A stretch of 64,000 nucleotides of DNA from Nitrospirota bacterium (lineage in GTDB: Bacteria > Nitrospirota > Nitrospiria > Nitrospirales > NS-4): assembly GCA_005877815.1 (NCBI GenBank), contig VBOG01000078.1, forward strand, positions 13,291 to 77,290, in the 5' to 3' direction. This document shows positions 1 to 8,352 of this stretch, in pieces. A program made the translations under genes and the position numbers. The notes beneath the pieces are model-generated. The model saw only the letters and a program-made list of their open reading frames with translations. It had not been told where the DNA came from and did not search any database. Position 1 is the first letter of the stretch. Each line of letters opens with the position of its first letter.

Positions 1-551
1 GTTGCATTTTGATACAGCTTCGCGATGTCGGTCTGGACTGACAACTGAGCAAGTTCGCGGAACAAGGCCTTGGAGGGTGCCGGGGTGGCCTCTGCAAAAC
101 TGTCTTCCATGGTGCTGAGCGTACCTTCGGCAGCTTTGAAGTAGGCCTTGACGGCGTCCCAGAGAAGCTTCAAATCCTTCATCTCGTCCCGCTGGGATTT
201 CGTCACGCGTTTCTTTTCACTTGCGGCGGCGACATACGCCTCGAGCGGTTCGAGCGTGGATTTTTTCAAGGCCGCGAGCGGTTTCGTCGCGACATCGAAC
301 TCCGTTTTGTTTCTTGCGCGGGCGGCGTCAAGGAGACCATTGTGGTACACCCCGAGCTTACTGCCGGCCGTCGCGACATTCGCCAACGCAACAGTCGAAT
401 CGCCGTACACCGTCTGAAGTTTTCCACGAACCTGTAAAAGTCCGTACACACCGAGGAGACCGACCACGGCGATGATCGCGCCGACGATCGAGAACCCGAG
501 CATCAGCTTTGTTTGTGTCCTCAGGTTCAAAAATCTGTTCTTCAGTCCCAT
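1..551 (-). CDS. methyl-accepting chemotaxis protein, N-terminal part (PilJ-like position); runs off window start
   Basis: Own translation from ATG 551..549, with AAGGAGGAG 5 nt upstream: MGLKNRFLNLRTQTKLMLGFSIVGAIIAVVGLLGVYGLLQV... This gives a short N-terminus, one TM helix, then a helical sensor region typical of 4-helix-bundle MCPs. The frame is open to position 1. It lies downstream of the receiver and CheW genes. Confidence 0.7.
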   Translation of the reverse strand, partial: MGLKNRFLNLRTQTKLMLGFSIVGAIIAVVGLLGVYGLLQVRGKLQTVYGDSTVALANVATAGSKLGVYHNGLLDAARARNKTEFDVATKPLAALKKSTLEPLEAYVAAASEKKRVTKSQRDEMKDLKLLWDAVKAYFKAAEGTLSTMEDSFAEATPAPSKALFRELAQLSVQTDIAKLYQNA

Positions 552-647
552 AGATTCTCCTCCTTAACCTCTTCTCCGGTGGACCTGGGCGGACCTTGGG
601 GTCTCGCCGTTAATCCACTGTTGGGGAATCAATATCTTCTAAATGGT

Positions 648-1145
648 CTAGGCCGAGCCTTCGGTCTCCACGCGTGCCAGAAGCGTTGGCACTTCCAAGA
701 CACCACCGAGCCGATCTTCGATGCGGAGCACCGCTGTCACGAAGGGATGCGCCACGTTCGATCCATTCTGAGGAGCCGGCAAAAATTGGTCCGGCTGGAC
801 AGTCATGATTTCCGGCGACTGATCCACCAATACGCCGACCTGATGTTCGCCGTGCCGAATGACTACTGCGAATGCCGAAGGGGCGGTGCTCGACAGATCG
901 AGGATCGTGCGAAGGTCAACGAGAGGAATGATCACGCCGCGAAGATTGGTCACGCCTGCTAGGACAGTCCCCATCCCGGGGACGGGCGTGACCGCCTCGA
1001 CAGCAAACACTTCTCGAACGTTCCGAAGGTCAATGGCATACAGACCACCGGCGATGCTGATCAGACAGACACGTGAAGGGACTTCCGCCCGGACCGGCGC
1101 ACCAGCGGGTTCAACCACCGAGACAGGGTTGGGAGTGGGTTCCAT
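648..1145 (-). CDS. CheW-like coupling protein (PilI-like position)
   Basis: 165 aa. CheW-domain pattern ...ISIAGGLYAIDLRNVREVF...VTNLRGVIIPLVDLRTIL... Sits between the receiver and the MCP. Confidence 0.85.
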   Translation of the reverse strand: MEPTPNPVSVVEPAGAPVRAEVPSRVCLISIAGGLYAIDLRNVREVFAVEAVTPVPGMGTVLAGVTNLRGVIIPLVDLRTILDLSSTAPSAFAVVIRHGEHQVGVLVDQSPEIMTVQPDQFLPAPQNGSNVAHPFVTAVLRIEDRLGGVLEVPTLLARVETEGSA

Positions 1146-1164
1146 TGTGCCGACCCTTATACGA

Positions 1165-1530
1165 TCAGTTCACCAGTGCCTTTTTGACGGCAGCGAGTAA
1201 TTCCTCCGACTTGAACGGTTTGACAACATACGAGTTGGCACCTTGCTGCTGCCCCCAGAACTTATCGCTCTCTTGACCCTTTGAGGTGCACAACATCACC
1301 GGAATGTTCTTAAAGCGCTCGTCATTCTTTAGGTCGCGGCAGGTCTGGAATCCATTTCTTCCCGGCATGACGACGTCCAGTATGATAAGGTCAGGACGGT
1401 CATTGACCAGTTTTTCCTCCAACTTGTCTGAACTCAGGTAGGTTACGACTTGGTAATTGGCCGACTTCAGGTAACCCTCGATGAGCTGCAACTCAGCGTA
1501 CACATCGTCCACGACAACAACCTTGCTCAT
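1165..1530 (-). CDS. stand-alone response-regulator receiver, PilG/PilH type
   Basis: Receiver motifs VVVVDD ... DLIILDVVMPGRNGFQTCRDL ... KFWGQQQGANSYVVKPF resemble PilG/PilH-type CheY proteins. The ORF track starts at GTG 1563. ATG 1530 follows AGGAGGTGAAGGAG and is preferred. Confidence 0.8.
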   Translation of the reverse strand: MSKVVVVDDVYAELQLIEGYLKSANYQVVTYLSSDKLEEKLVNDRPDLIILDVVMPGRNGFQTCRDLKNDERFKNIPVMLCTSKGQESDKFWGQQQGANSYVVKPFKSEELLAAVKKALVN

Positions 1531-1620
1531 GTCTCCTTCACCTCCTGAATCAGTTGATTTCACGTAACGTTGTCACCTTAGAGACTGTTTCGTTCCCCAT
1601 TAGGGCTATACAAGGTCCAC

Positions 1621-1655
1621 ATGGTAGGAAGATTGCCGCCCTTTGTCAAGCAATT
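1621..1655 (-). promoter_or_regulatory. candidate sigma70-type promoter for the receiver-CheW-MCP operon
   Basis: Minus strand reads AATTGCTTGACA-17 nt-TACCAT inside an AT-rich island. The 12-nt AATTGCTTGACA recurs upstream of the HTH-pilM operon (57071..57082). Confidence 0.35.
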
Positions 1656-1834
1656 AAGTGCTGTAAGTATATTAAGTACACTTCTTTGCCCTGCTTCACC
1701 GCATTTCTCCGCCCGTCTCGGCTCCGGATTCTAATATTTTTGCTGTCTGTCCTCTAGGGGAAACTGTGGGATGCACTTGTCGGTCCTGTTGACAGGCTCG
1801 TTGATGTTCATGTTTATTGGCACTGGAGATTGCG

Positions 1835-2239
1835 ATGAACGCGAGCGGCATCATCAGTACAGTCACTCGATTAATGGGACCTCTCACGGAGTTGTACCAG
1901 CAACAAAAAGCGACGAGTTCGCATCCCCTCAAGCCGGCCTTGGCCATTGTACGGGAATATGAGAGCGCCGTGTATGAGTTTCGCGATCAACGGCTCCCGG
2001 GGCCGGTGAAGGGCGTCAGCGAGTTATTGGTGGAGTCTGTCGATGCCTTCGAGGCCGGACGCGTGTTGGACGCTGGCCGCGCTGTCATGCTGGCTCTTGA
2101 GCAGTTCGAGGCGGCTGGGAAGGAATCCTCCGTCATCGTCACGCCTGAACAGGCACAACTGATTGGTCAGTTTCGCACGAGGCTCTTCAAAATGGTCGTG
2201 CCGTCTGCCGAATTGAGGCAGAAACGAATTGACCTGTAA
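1835..2239 (+). CDS. hypothetical protein
   Basis: ORF with GGAGA 5 nt before ATG 1835 (the track start at 1817 is TTG). No family recognised. First of three tightly spaced co-directional ORFs. Confidence 0.5.
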   Translation: MNASGIISTVTRLMGPLTELYQQQKATSSHPLKPALAIVREYESAVYEFRDQRLPGPVKGVSELLVESVDAFEAGRVLDAGRAVMLALEQFEAAGKESSVIVTPEQAQLIGQFRTRLFKMVVPSAELRQKRIDL

Positions 2240-2251
2240 CGAGCGATACGC

Positions 2252-2617
2252 ATGGAATTTATCGGAACCGTCGAGTTTTCGGAGAACGGCAAGCGCGGGA
2301 ATCCCGTGGCTCTGTACGTGCAGCAACAGGACGGTGAGTATCGCATCAGTTCTCGCTTGCCTCAATGGACGCATATCGTTGGAACGGGAGCGACCGTCAA
2401 TAAGGCTGCCGGCGACTATGAATTGAGGTTAAAGGCGGCGGCATCCACGGCAGTGTATGACGGGCCGGCTTGGAATGCCGGCATTAAAGCGGAGAAACCG
2501 GCCTCTCCCAAGCCGCCTGCAGCCGCAGCCCCTATGAAAACTGCCTCTGAAGGTTCCCCACCCGCGCCGCCCCCTCAAGAGACGCCACCCTCTTCTCAGA
2601 CTCCGTCGTCCAGTTGA
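2252..2617 (+). CDS. hypothetical protein with Pro/Ala/Ser-rich C-terminal tail
   Basis: 121-aa ORF starting 12 nt after the previous stop. Low-complexity tail ...KPASPKPPAAAAP...PPAPPPQETPPSSQTPSSS. No family recognised. Confidence 0.45.
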   Translation: MEFIGTVEFSENGKRGNPVALYVQQQDGEYRISSRLPQWTHIVGTGATVNKAAGDYELRLKAAASTAVYDGPAWNAGIKAEKPASPKPPAAAAPMKTASEGSPPAPPPQETPPSSQTPSSS

Positions 2618-2627
2618 GCCGTCTGGC

Positions 2628-3185
2628 ATGACTTGTCCTCGTTGCGCTCAGAAGAATGAGAAAACCGCCGCGTATTGCAGCGCCTGCGGCCAGCAGATCA
2701 GCTTTACCCCTGTCGCATCCCCGGTGGTGGATTGGTCTCTCTGGCGACGCTTTGTGGGTCCTCGTGCCGACTATTACTTGAAACGGTTCGAGACATTTCA
2801 GAAAGGCACATCCGACCGGTTTCGCCCGACCTGGAATTGGCCGGCGTTCGGCGTCGGCTGGCTCTGGTATCTCTATCGAAAGATGTATCTTCACGCTGCC
2901 GTGTTCCTTTTTGGAGGCTTGCTTCCAATGGTGCTCGGTGCGGGCTTGGCAGGCGTCGTGATTTGGAACGTGTTTGCCGCCGTCAGCGCGAATTTTCTCT
3001 ATTACATGCACGTCAAGCTCTCGTTGGCGAACATCGAACGTCGAGCCGGGACGGACACGTCAATCCGCGATCAGCTCATCTCCGATCTGGGCGGCATTCA
3101 ACCGTATGTCTGGTGGTTGGCAATGATTCTCATGGTAATCGCGATCGTCCTCGGAATTTTGGAGGCGCCTCCTTCCACCCAATAA
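2628..3185 (+). CDS. zinc-ribbon plus DUF2628-like membrane protein
   Basis: N-terminal CPRC...CSAC zinc ribbon. Then RPTWNWPAFGVGWLWYLYRKMY and further hydrophobic helices, which is typical of DUF2628. Confidence 0.6.
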   Translation: MTCPRCAQKNEKTAAYCSACGQQISFTPVASPVVDWSLWRRFVGPRADYYLKRFETFQKGTSDRFRPTWNWPAFGVGWLWYLYRKMYLHAAVFLFGGLLPMVLGAGLAGVVIWNVFAAVSANFLYYMHVKLSLANIERRAGTDTSIRDQLISDLGGIQPYVWWLAMILMVIAIVLGILEAPPSTQ

Positions 3186-3250
3186 GGGTCCTGTCATGAA
3201 GAGCCCTGCCTGATTCGTCAACGTATTGTCTATGTTACAATATCCTGTCC

Positions 3251-5110
3251 ATGCCGCCGTCGATTCATCCCGTTCAGCTCATTTCGGTTCTGCGCTTGAA
3301 ATCGCTGACGCCGGCCATCATCTTTCTGACCAGCCGACGCTCATGCGATGAGGCTTTGCAAAGCTTCGGCCAGGGCGGCGTGAGCATTTCGCCTGCCCGC
3401 CGTGAAGGAATCACGGCCGTCCTCGAAGAACTGACGGTCGAGTATCCAAGCATTCAGGATCATCCGCTGCGGGAAATCGTCACAACCTATGGGGTGGCCG
3501 CGCATCATGCGGGACATCTCCCGTCATGGAAGATTGCGGTGGAGGAACTCATGCGGCGCGGGTGTCTCGACGCGGTGTTCGCGACCACGACATTGGCGGC
3601 GGGCGTCGACTTTCCGGCGAGGACGGTCGTCCTGACACAGTCCGGCGTAAGGCGGGACCAAGACTTCACGGACTTGAGCGTCGCGGAAGTCGGACAGATC
3701 GCAGGGCGCGCCGGCCGACGCGGCAAGGACAGCGTCGGATTTGCCATTGTCACACCATCACCGTATATGGACCTCGGCGTCCTCGTGCGGGGGCTGACCG
3801 GGCGACCCGAACCGCTGGACAGCCAGTTTGTGATTTCGTATCCCATGGTCCTGAACCTTCTCAAGGCACATCCTGTCGATCACATCCAATCCATTCTGGC
3901 CAAGAGCTTCGCGCAGTATCAGCTCAATGAACAGGCGGAACGCCTCGAGTCACGTCATGAAAAGATCCACGATAAGTTGGTCTCCTATGCTCCGCGTGAG
4001 TGTTCCGACTGGCTGACACAGTGGAACGCCTACGATCACGCGACACGCCAAGCCGCGCAGAAATTACACGCCCGACGACATGTGCCGCCTGAAGTCTCCG
4101 AACGTCTGCCCTACCTCACGCCGGGGCGCCTCGTGACGTTTCCGCGATTTCGAGGGGTGGTGCTGCGATCTTATCGCAGCCGCGGACAGCACCGTGACAT
4201 GGTGACCGTGCTGCGAAACGGAGGCACGGTGGCCGAATCCGCGGTGGCTGATATCACGTCTGTCGGCAGCCGCTGCTTCGACTTCACACCGGCCCCTGCG
4301 TTCCCTTGGGCGAACCAGGAAACGCTGGCGTGGCTGAATCAGCAATTGGAGAGCTTGCCGAAACAGTCCCCCGCGATGGTGATGTCACCCGTGATTCCTG
4401 AGGAGAGCGGCGACGACCTGGTCAAAAGTCTGGGCGACCTGTTTCCCTGCCCGACGTGCCGGTGTCGCCCCACCTGCGCAAAGGAATTCAATGCGGCGAA
4501 CAAGCTGAAGCAGGAGGCGTTGCACAACGCGAGATCGGTGCAGTCCCTACGGACCGGCCTGTGGCACAAATTCCAAGAGCGCGCCGACACGCTTCATGAG
4601 CTGGGGTATCTGGATGCCGGATATAAATTGACATCAGATGGCGATTGGGCACGGCTGATTAGGATTGATTATTCCCTGTTGATTACGGAACTCATTCGCG
4701 CTCACGCGTTCAACGGGGTCAGTCCCCCAGTGCTCGCCGGACTGATGGCGTCTATTTCTTACGACAATGATCGCCCGTCATCATTCCCCCGCATCACAGC
4801 TGCGCTGGCCGCGCTCGTCACGGTCGCGCGAAGGATGGCTGACGCGCTGGCCGTCCATGACGATCCGCCCCTGCTGCGCGCCGATGTCGGCGGGCTGGCG
4901 GAGCAGTGGGTCGGCGATCCCACTATCACGTGGCCGCAATTATGTCGTGGCACGTCCGCCGCCGAAGGGGATGTCTATCGTATCCTTTCGCGGACCCTGG
5001 AGTATCTCTCGCAAATCCATTCGCTGCATGCCACGCACGCTGAACTCGGCGCGGTCGCGGCGCAAGCCATGGACCGGATACGGCGAGGCGTGTTGGAGGA
5101 ACTGCCGTGA
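3251..5110 (+). CDS. Ski2/HelY-like helicase, C-terminal half only (RecA2 + helical/ratchet + DSHCT-like region)
   Basis: Begins at the RecA2 strand (AIIFLTSRRSCDE). Has AAHHAGHLP, ATTTLAAGVDFPARTVV and GQIAGRAGRRG (helicase motifs IV-VI), plus a DSHCT-like tail (...EGDVYRILSRTLEYLSQI...). No Walker A or DExx motif is present. Confidence 0.8.
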   Translation: MPPSIHPVQLISVLRLKSLTPAIIFLTSRRSCDEALQSFGQGGVSISPARREGITAVLEELTVEYPSIQDHPLREIVTTYGVAAHHAGHLPSWKIAVEELMRRGCLDAVFATTTLAAGVDFPARTVVLTQSGVRRDQDFTDLSVAEVGQIAGRAGRRGKDSVGFAIVTPSPYMDLGVLVRGLTGRPEPLDSQFVISYPMVLNLLKAHPVDHIQSILAKSFAQYQLNEQAERLESRHEKIHDKLVSYAPRECSDWLTQWNAYDHATRQAAQKLHARRHVPPEVSERLPYLTPGRLVTFPRFRGVVLRSYRSRGQHRDMVTVLRNGGTVAESAVADITSVGSRCFDFTPAPAFPWANQETLAWLNQQLESLPKQSPAMVMSPVIPEESGDDLVKSLGDLFPCPTCRCRPTCAKEFNAANKLKQEALHNARSVQSLRTGLWHKFQERADTLHELGYLDAGYKLTSDGDWARLIRIDYSLLITELIRAHAFNGVSPPVLAGLMASISYDNDRPSSFPRITAALAALVTVARRMADALAVHDDPPLLRADVGGLAEQWVGDPTITWPQLCRGTSAAEGDVYRILSRTLEYLSQIHSLHATHAELGAVAAQAMDRIRRGVLEELP

Positions 5111-6123
5111 CGCGCAACGACCTCGAACGCGCGCTTGCGGAACTTCCTTTCCGGCTGTTGCGGCGGTTGGCGCGCAGCACTGTGGGTCCGCATATCCTTC
5201 GGAGCGGGAAACGCCGGATGATTCACGCGATCCTTGCCGTGTCGGAAACCAACCCTGAACGGATCGACGCGGCGATCAGGACTGCACGTGCAGAACAACA
5301 GGCGATTGAGGCGGTCCCCGCGATCGTTCCAGATGCTGACGCCGCGCAGAAGAATAAACCGGTGGACCTCGGCACCTTCCTGGAAGGCCTCGGGGTCCCG
5401 GAGCCCAAACCATTCGTGCCGGATCCCTGGCAGTTGGAAGCGCTCGACGCGCTCTTGCAGGGCGACGTCATCGTGAGTGTGCCCACGGGAAGTGGCAAAA
5501 CCTATGTCGCCGTCGAGGCCACGCGACGTGCCATGATGGAGGACCGGACAGTCGTCTACACCTCTCCGCTCAAGGCACTCTCGAACACCAAATTCACCGA
5601 GTTCAAGAAGATCTTCGGCCCAGAATCCGTGGGCATTTTAACGGGAGACCGCCGGGATAACCCTCAGGCCCCCATTCTGATCATGACGACGGAGATCCTC
5701 CGCAACCTCCTGTATGATGCGGCCGGCGGGGAAATTGACCTGCGCCTGGATACCCTCGGCCTGGTGATCCTGGATGAGAGCCAGTTCCTGGCGGACCCAG
5801 AGCGCGGTGTCGTTTGGGAAGAGACGATCATCTTCTGCCCGTCCCAGGCACGGTTGCTTCTGCTGTCCGCATCCATCGGCAATCCTCAGGAACTCGCTGC
5901 CTGGCTGACCAGCATTCGACCCTATCCTTGCCATCTCGTTCGCCATCAACATCGCTCGGTTCCGCTCCGCGCAGGATATCTGCATCCAAGCGGCAAGCTC
6001 ACCCCGTTATTCCGGACTGTCTCCATGCCGCCGTCACCATCCCAGGCTGTCCTCCATCCCGAGGCCAAACGCCTCTTCACCCAATATGAAGAGGACACTC
6101 TCCACACAAGGCGGTCCGGATGA
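5107..6123 (+). CDS. Ski2/HelY-like helicase, N-terminal half only (RecA1 / DEAD-like domain)
   Basis: WQLEALDAL, VPTGSGKT (motif I), TSPLKALSNTKF, LDESQ (motif II), LLSAS (motif III). The GTG start overlaps the upstream stop (GTGA at 5107..5110). Confidence 0.8.
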   Translation: MTRNDLERALAELPFRLLRRLARSTVGPHILRSGKRRMIHAILAVSETNPERIDAAIRTARAEQQAIEAVPAIVPDADAAQKNKPVDLGTFLEGLGVPEPKPFVPDPWQLEALDALLQGDVIVSVPTGSGKTYVAVEATRRAMMEDRTVVYTSPLKALSNTKFTEFKKIFGPESVGILTGDRRDNPQAPILIMTTEILRNLLYDAAGGEIDLRLDTLGLVILDESQFLADPERGVVWEETIIFCPSQARLLLLSASIGNPQELAAWLTSIRPYPCHLVRHQHRSVPLRAGYLHPSGKLTPLFRTVSMPPSPSQAVLHPEAKRLFTQYEEDTLHTRRSG

Positions 6124-7223
6124 CACGACAGCAACTATTTGCACTGTGTTTTTTCGGGGTGCTGCTGGTGCTGCTGTACCAGATCGTGGTGATCTTCAGC
6201 CCTTTCCTTGTCCCAATCTTGTGGGCGGCGATTCTCGTGAGATTGTCATATCCCTTGCATGCTCGACTGACTGTCTTTGTGCGGGGACGCGACACGATTT
6301 CGGCGACGGCCCTCACGGCCGCCGTCATACTGCTGGCGGTCTTGCCGGTTGTGTATATGGGGGTTCTTCTCGTTCAGGAGAGCGTGAGCGCCTACGAAAG
6401 CGCGACAACCTGGATACAGTCCGGCGGGATGAAGCGACTGCCGGAATATCTTTCAAGACTTCCGCGGGGCGGCGCACTACAAGAATTGATGGGGCGTGCG
6501 GTGGTGACCAACGTTCATCTCGAAGAGGCGTTCTTGCAAGGCACCAAAACCTTGAGCGTCTACCTCTTATCCCAGGTCGGCGATTTGGCGAAGAACGCCT
6601 TCAATCTCGTCATGTCTTTTCTCGTGATGATTTTTACGTTGTTTTTCTTCTTCAAAGACGGGCACCGCCTGTACGAAACATTCTACCGGTTGATCCCGCT
6701 GGAGGAGACGCACAAGCATCAGATTGTCACCAGACTCGATATGACATTGACCGCCGTCATGCGAGGGATCGTCGTCACCGCGATCGCGCAAGGTCTCTTG
6801 GCGGGCACCGCCTACTGGTTTTTGGACGTGCCATTTCCGATCATCCTCACGTGCCTCACCGCGCTGCTGTCGTTGCTGCCCTTTGGGGGCACGGCTCTGG
6901 TATGGGTGCCCGTCGCGATCTATCTGTTCACGGTGGGGCCACTATGGGCAGGTATCGTGATGCTGGTATGGGGCGTGGTAGTGGTCACCATGGCCGACAA
7001 TTTCCTCAAGCCCTTGTTAATCGGCAAGGGGGCGGGGATCCCGACTCTCTTTCTATTTTTTGGGATCCTGGGAGGCCTCGCAGCCTATGGGTTCATCGGC
7101 CTGTTTCTCGGCCCGATCCTCATTGCGATCCTGTTCACCGCCGTCCAGATTTACCGCGAGGAATACCAGGACGAGCAGGCGCCCTTTAAGGCCAAGAGTG
7201 AGGACCCTCCTCAGCGTTCCTGA
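6120..7223 (+). CDS. AI-2E family (PerM/UPF0118) transporter
   Basis: 367 aa, multi-TM. C-terminal signature ...LPFGGTALVWVPVAIYLF...ADNFLKPLLIGKGAGIP...GFIGLFLGPILIAI. The start overlaps the helicase stop (ATGA at 6120..6123). Confidence 0.85.
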   Translation: MTRQQLFALCFFGVLLVLLYQIVVIFSPFLVPILWAAILVRLSYPLHARLTVFVRGRDTISATALTAAVILLAVLPVVYMGVLLVQESVSAYESATTWIQSGGMKRLPEYLSRLPRGGALQELMGRAVVTNVHLEEAFLQGTKTLSVYLLSQVGDLAKNAFNLVMSFLVMIFTLFFFFKDGHRLYETFYRLIPLEETHKHQIVTRLDMTLTAVMRGIVVTAIAQGLLAGTAYWFLDVPFPIILTCLTALLSLLPFGGTALVWVPVAIYLFTVGPLWAGIVMLVWGVVVVTMADNFLKPLLIGKGAGIPTLFLFFGILGGLAAYGFIGLFLGPILIAILFTAVQIYREEYQDEQAPFKAKSEDPPQRS

Positions 7224-7254
7224 TTCGCATCTGTCTGCCGGCATGAGAGAAAGA

Positions 7255-8352
7255 TTATGGGCCGGGAAGCGTTTGAGGGCACGCAACTGGAATTGCATCA
7301 TCGTGCGGATCTGCATAGATTTGATCGGCCAAGGTTTTTGCGAGTCCTGCCGTGATCTCCTGCTGAAGCATGCGCACCGCGCGTTCGGACGCTTCACGGT
7401 AACTCAGGTGTCCCTCACGCCCCGATCTCGTCGTCCCTCCGATGACCTGCCGTGTGCCGGGGTTGACGACCATGAAATCCGCGCACCAACGGACGTAACG
7501 GAATTGAGGGTCCGGCAGGTTCAAGGGCCAAATGTGGGTTTCGCCTTTCACCAGTAAATCGGCATTCGCCGGTACGCGCGTTGTGGGAGTCACATTTTCG
7601 GCCGTCATCGGAAAGCCTTCGCGGGTCAGACCTTCGAGAATGGCGCGTGTCACCGCCTCCACGTGATCGCCGCGTACCTCGAGAGAAATCCGAAGCCGCT
7701 CACGGAGGAAACGTTCGAGATCAGCATTCAGCCCTGACACCGAATAGGAGCTCTCCATGCCCTGCCCGCCAATGATCCGCAGATCGTTATTGATGGCCGT
7801 CCGTACGGATAGCGCTCTCGCTGCGCGCCGCAGTCCGCGGAGCGCCAGAAGTTTGTCCTCGCTACGCGACGACGCCAGATCACGCTCGATGGCCTCGTCC
7901 AGTTCGACAATTCGGCCCTGCAGCGCTTTTCGTGCCGTGCCGCGATGCATGACGGCCAGCGCCGAATAGAGTCCTGTCTTTGGATGCTGCCAGGTTTCGG
8001 CCACCGTGACATTTTCAAGGACTTTGTCTGTGGACACCTTGGTGGTCGTATCCAACATCAGCCGCCGTTCCGTCTGCGGGCTGCCCCTCCCTTCCCGGCT
8101 CGTATAGGACTCGATATCCTGCGTTTGACTGGTCACATCGGCCTTGAAGACCCGTGAGATCGCCGCATAGGCACGCTCTTCAGCAGCCGGCTTCGCGTCA
8201 GCCTGTCCGACGCCAATGATAAACTGATCGGCGGGATACGCGGCGGCCCGATTCTCGGTGACCCAATCGGGAGCCTTCACTCCCGCGCAGGCGGCAAGGA
8301 CGCATGCAAGGATCACAGTCATACACGCCCGCTGGACGGTATCCGCACTCAT
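7255..8352 (-). CDS. LPP20-domain lipoprotein with extra C-terminal domain
   Basis: Lipobox VLAACAG. N-terminal region ...AAEERAYAAISRVFKADV... resembles the LPP20 family. Overlaps the upstream gene by 4 nt. Confidence 0.55.
   Translation of the reverse strand: MSADTVQRACMTVILACVLAACAGVKAPDWVTENRAAAYPADQFIIGVGQADAKPAAEERAYAAISRVFKADVTSQTQDIESYTSREGRGSPQTERRLMLDTTTKVSTDKVLENVTVAETWQHPKTGLYSALAVMHRGTARKALQGRIVELDEAIERDLASSRSEDKLLALRGLRRAARALSVRTAINNDLRIIGGQGMESSYSVSGLNADLERFLRERLRISLEVRGDHVEAVTRAILEGLTREGFPMTAENVTPTTRVPANADLLVKGETHIWPLNLPDPQFRYVRWCADFMVVNPGTRQVIGGTTRSGREGHLSYREASERAVRMLQQEITAGLAKTLADQIYADPHDDAIPVACPQTLPGP

Noticed and set aside
6086-7189. 367-aa plus-strand ORF in an alternative frame of the AI-2E transporter gene
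   Set aside because: The translation is Arg/Gly/Pro-rich low complexity with no recognisable domain. The overlapping frame (6120..7223) has a clear AI-2E signature. This is a typical shadow ORF in GC-rich DNA.
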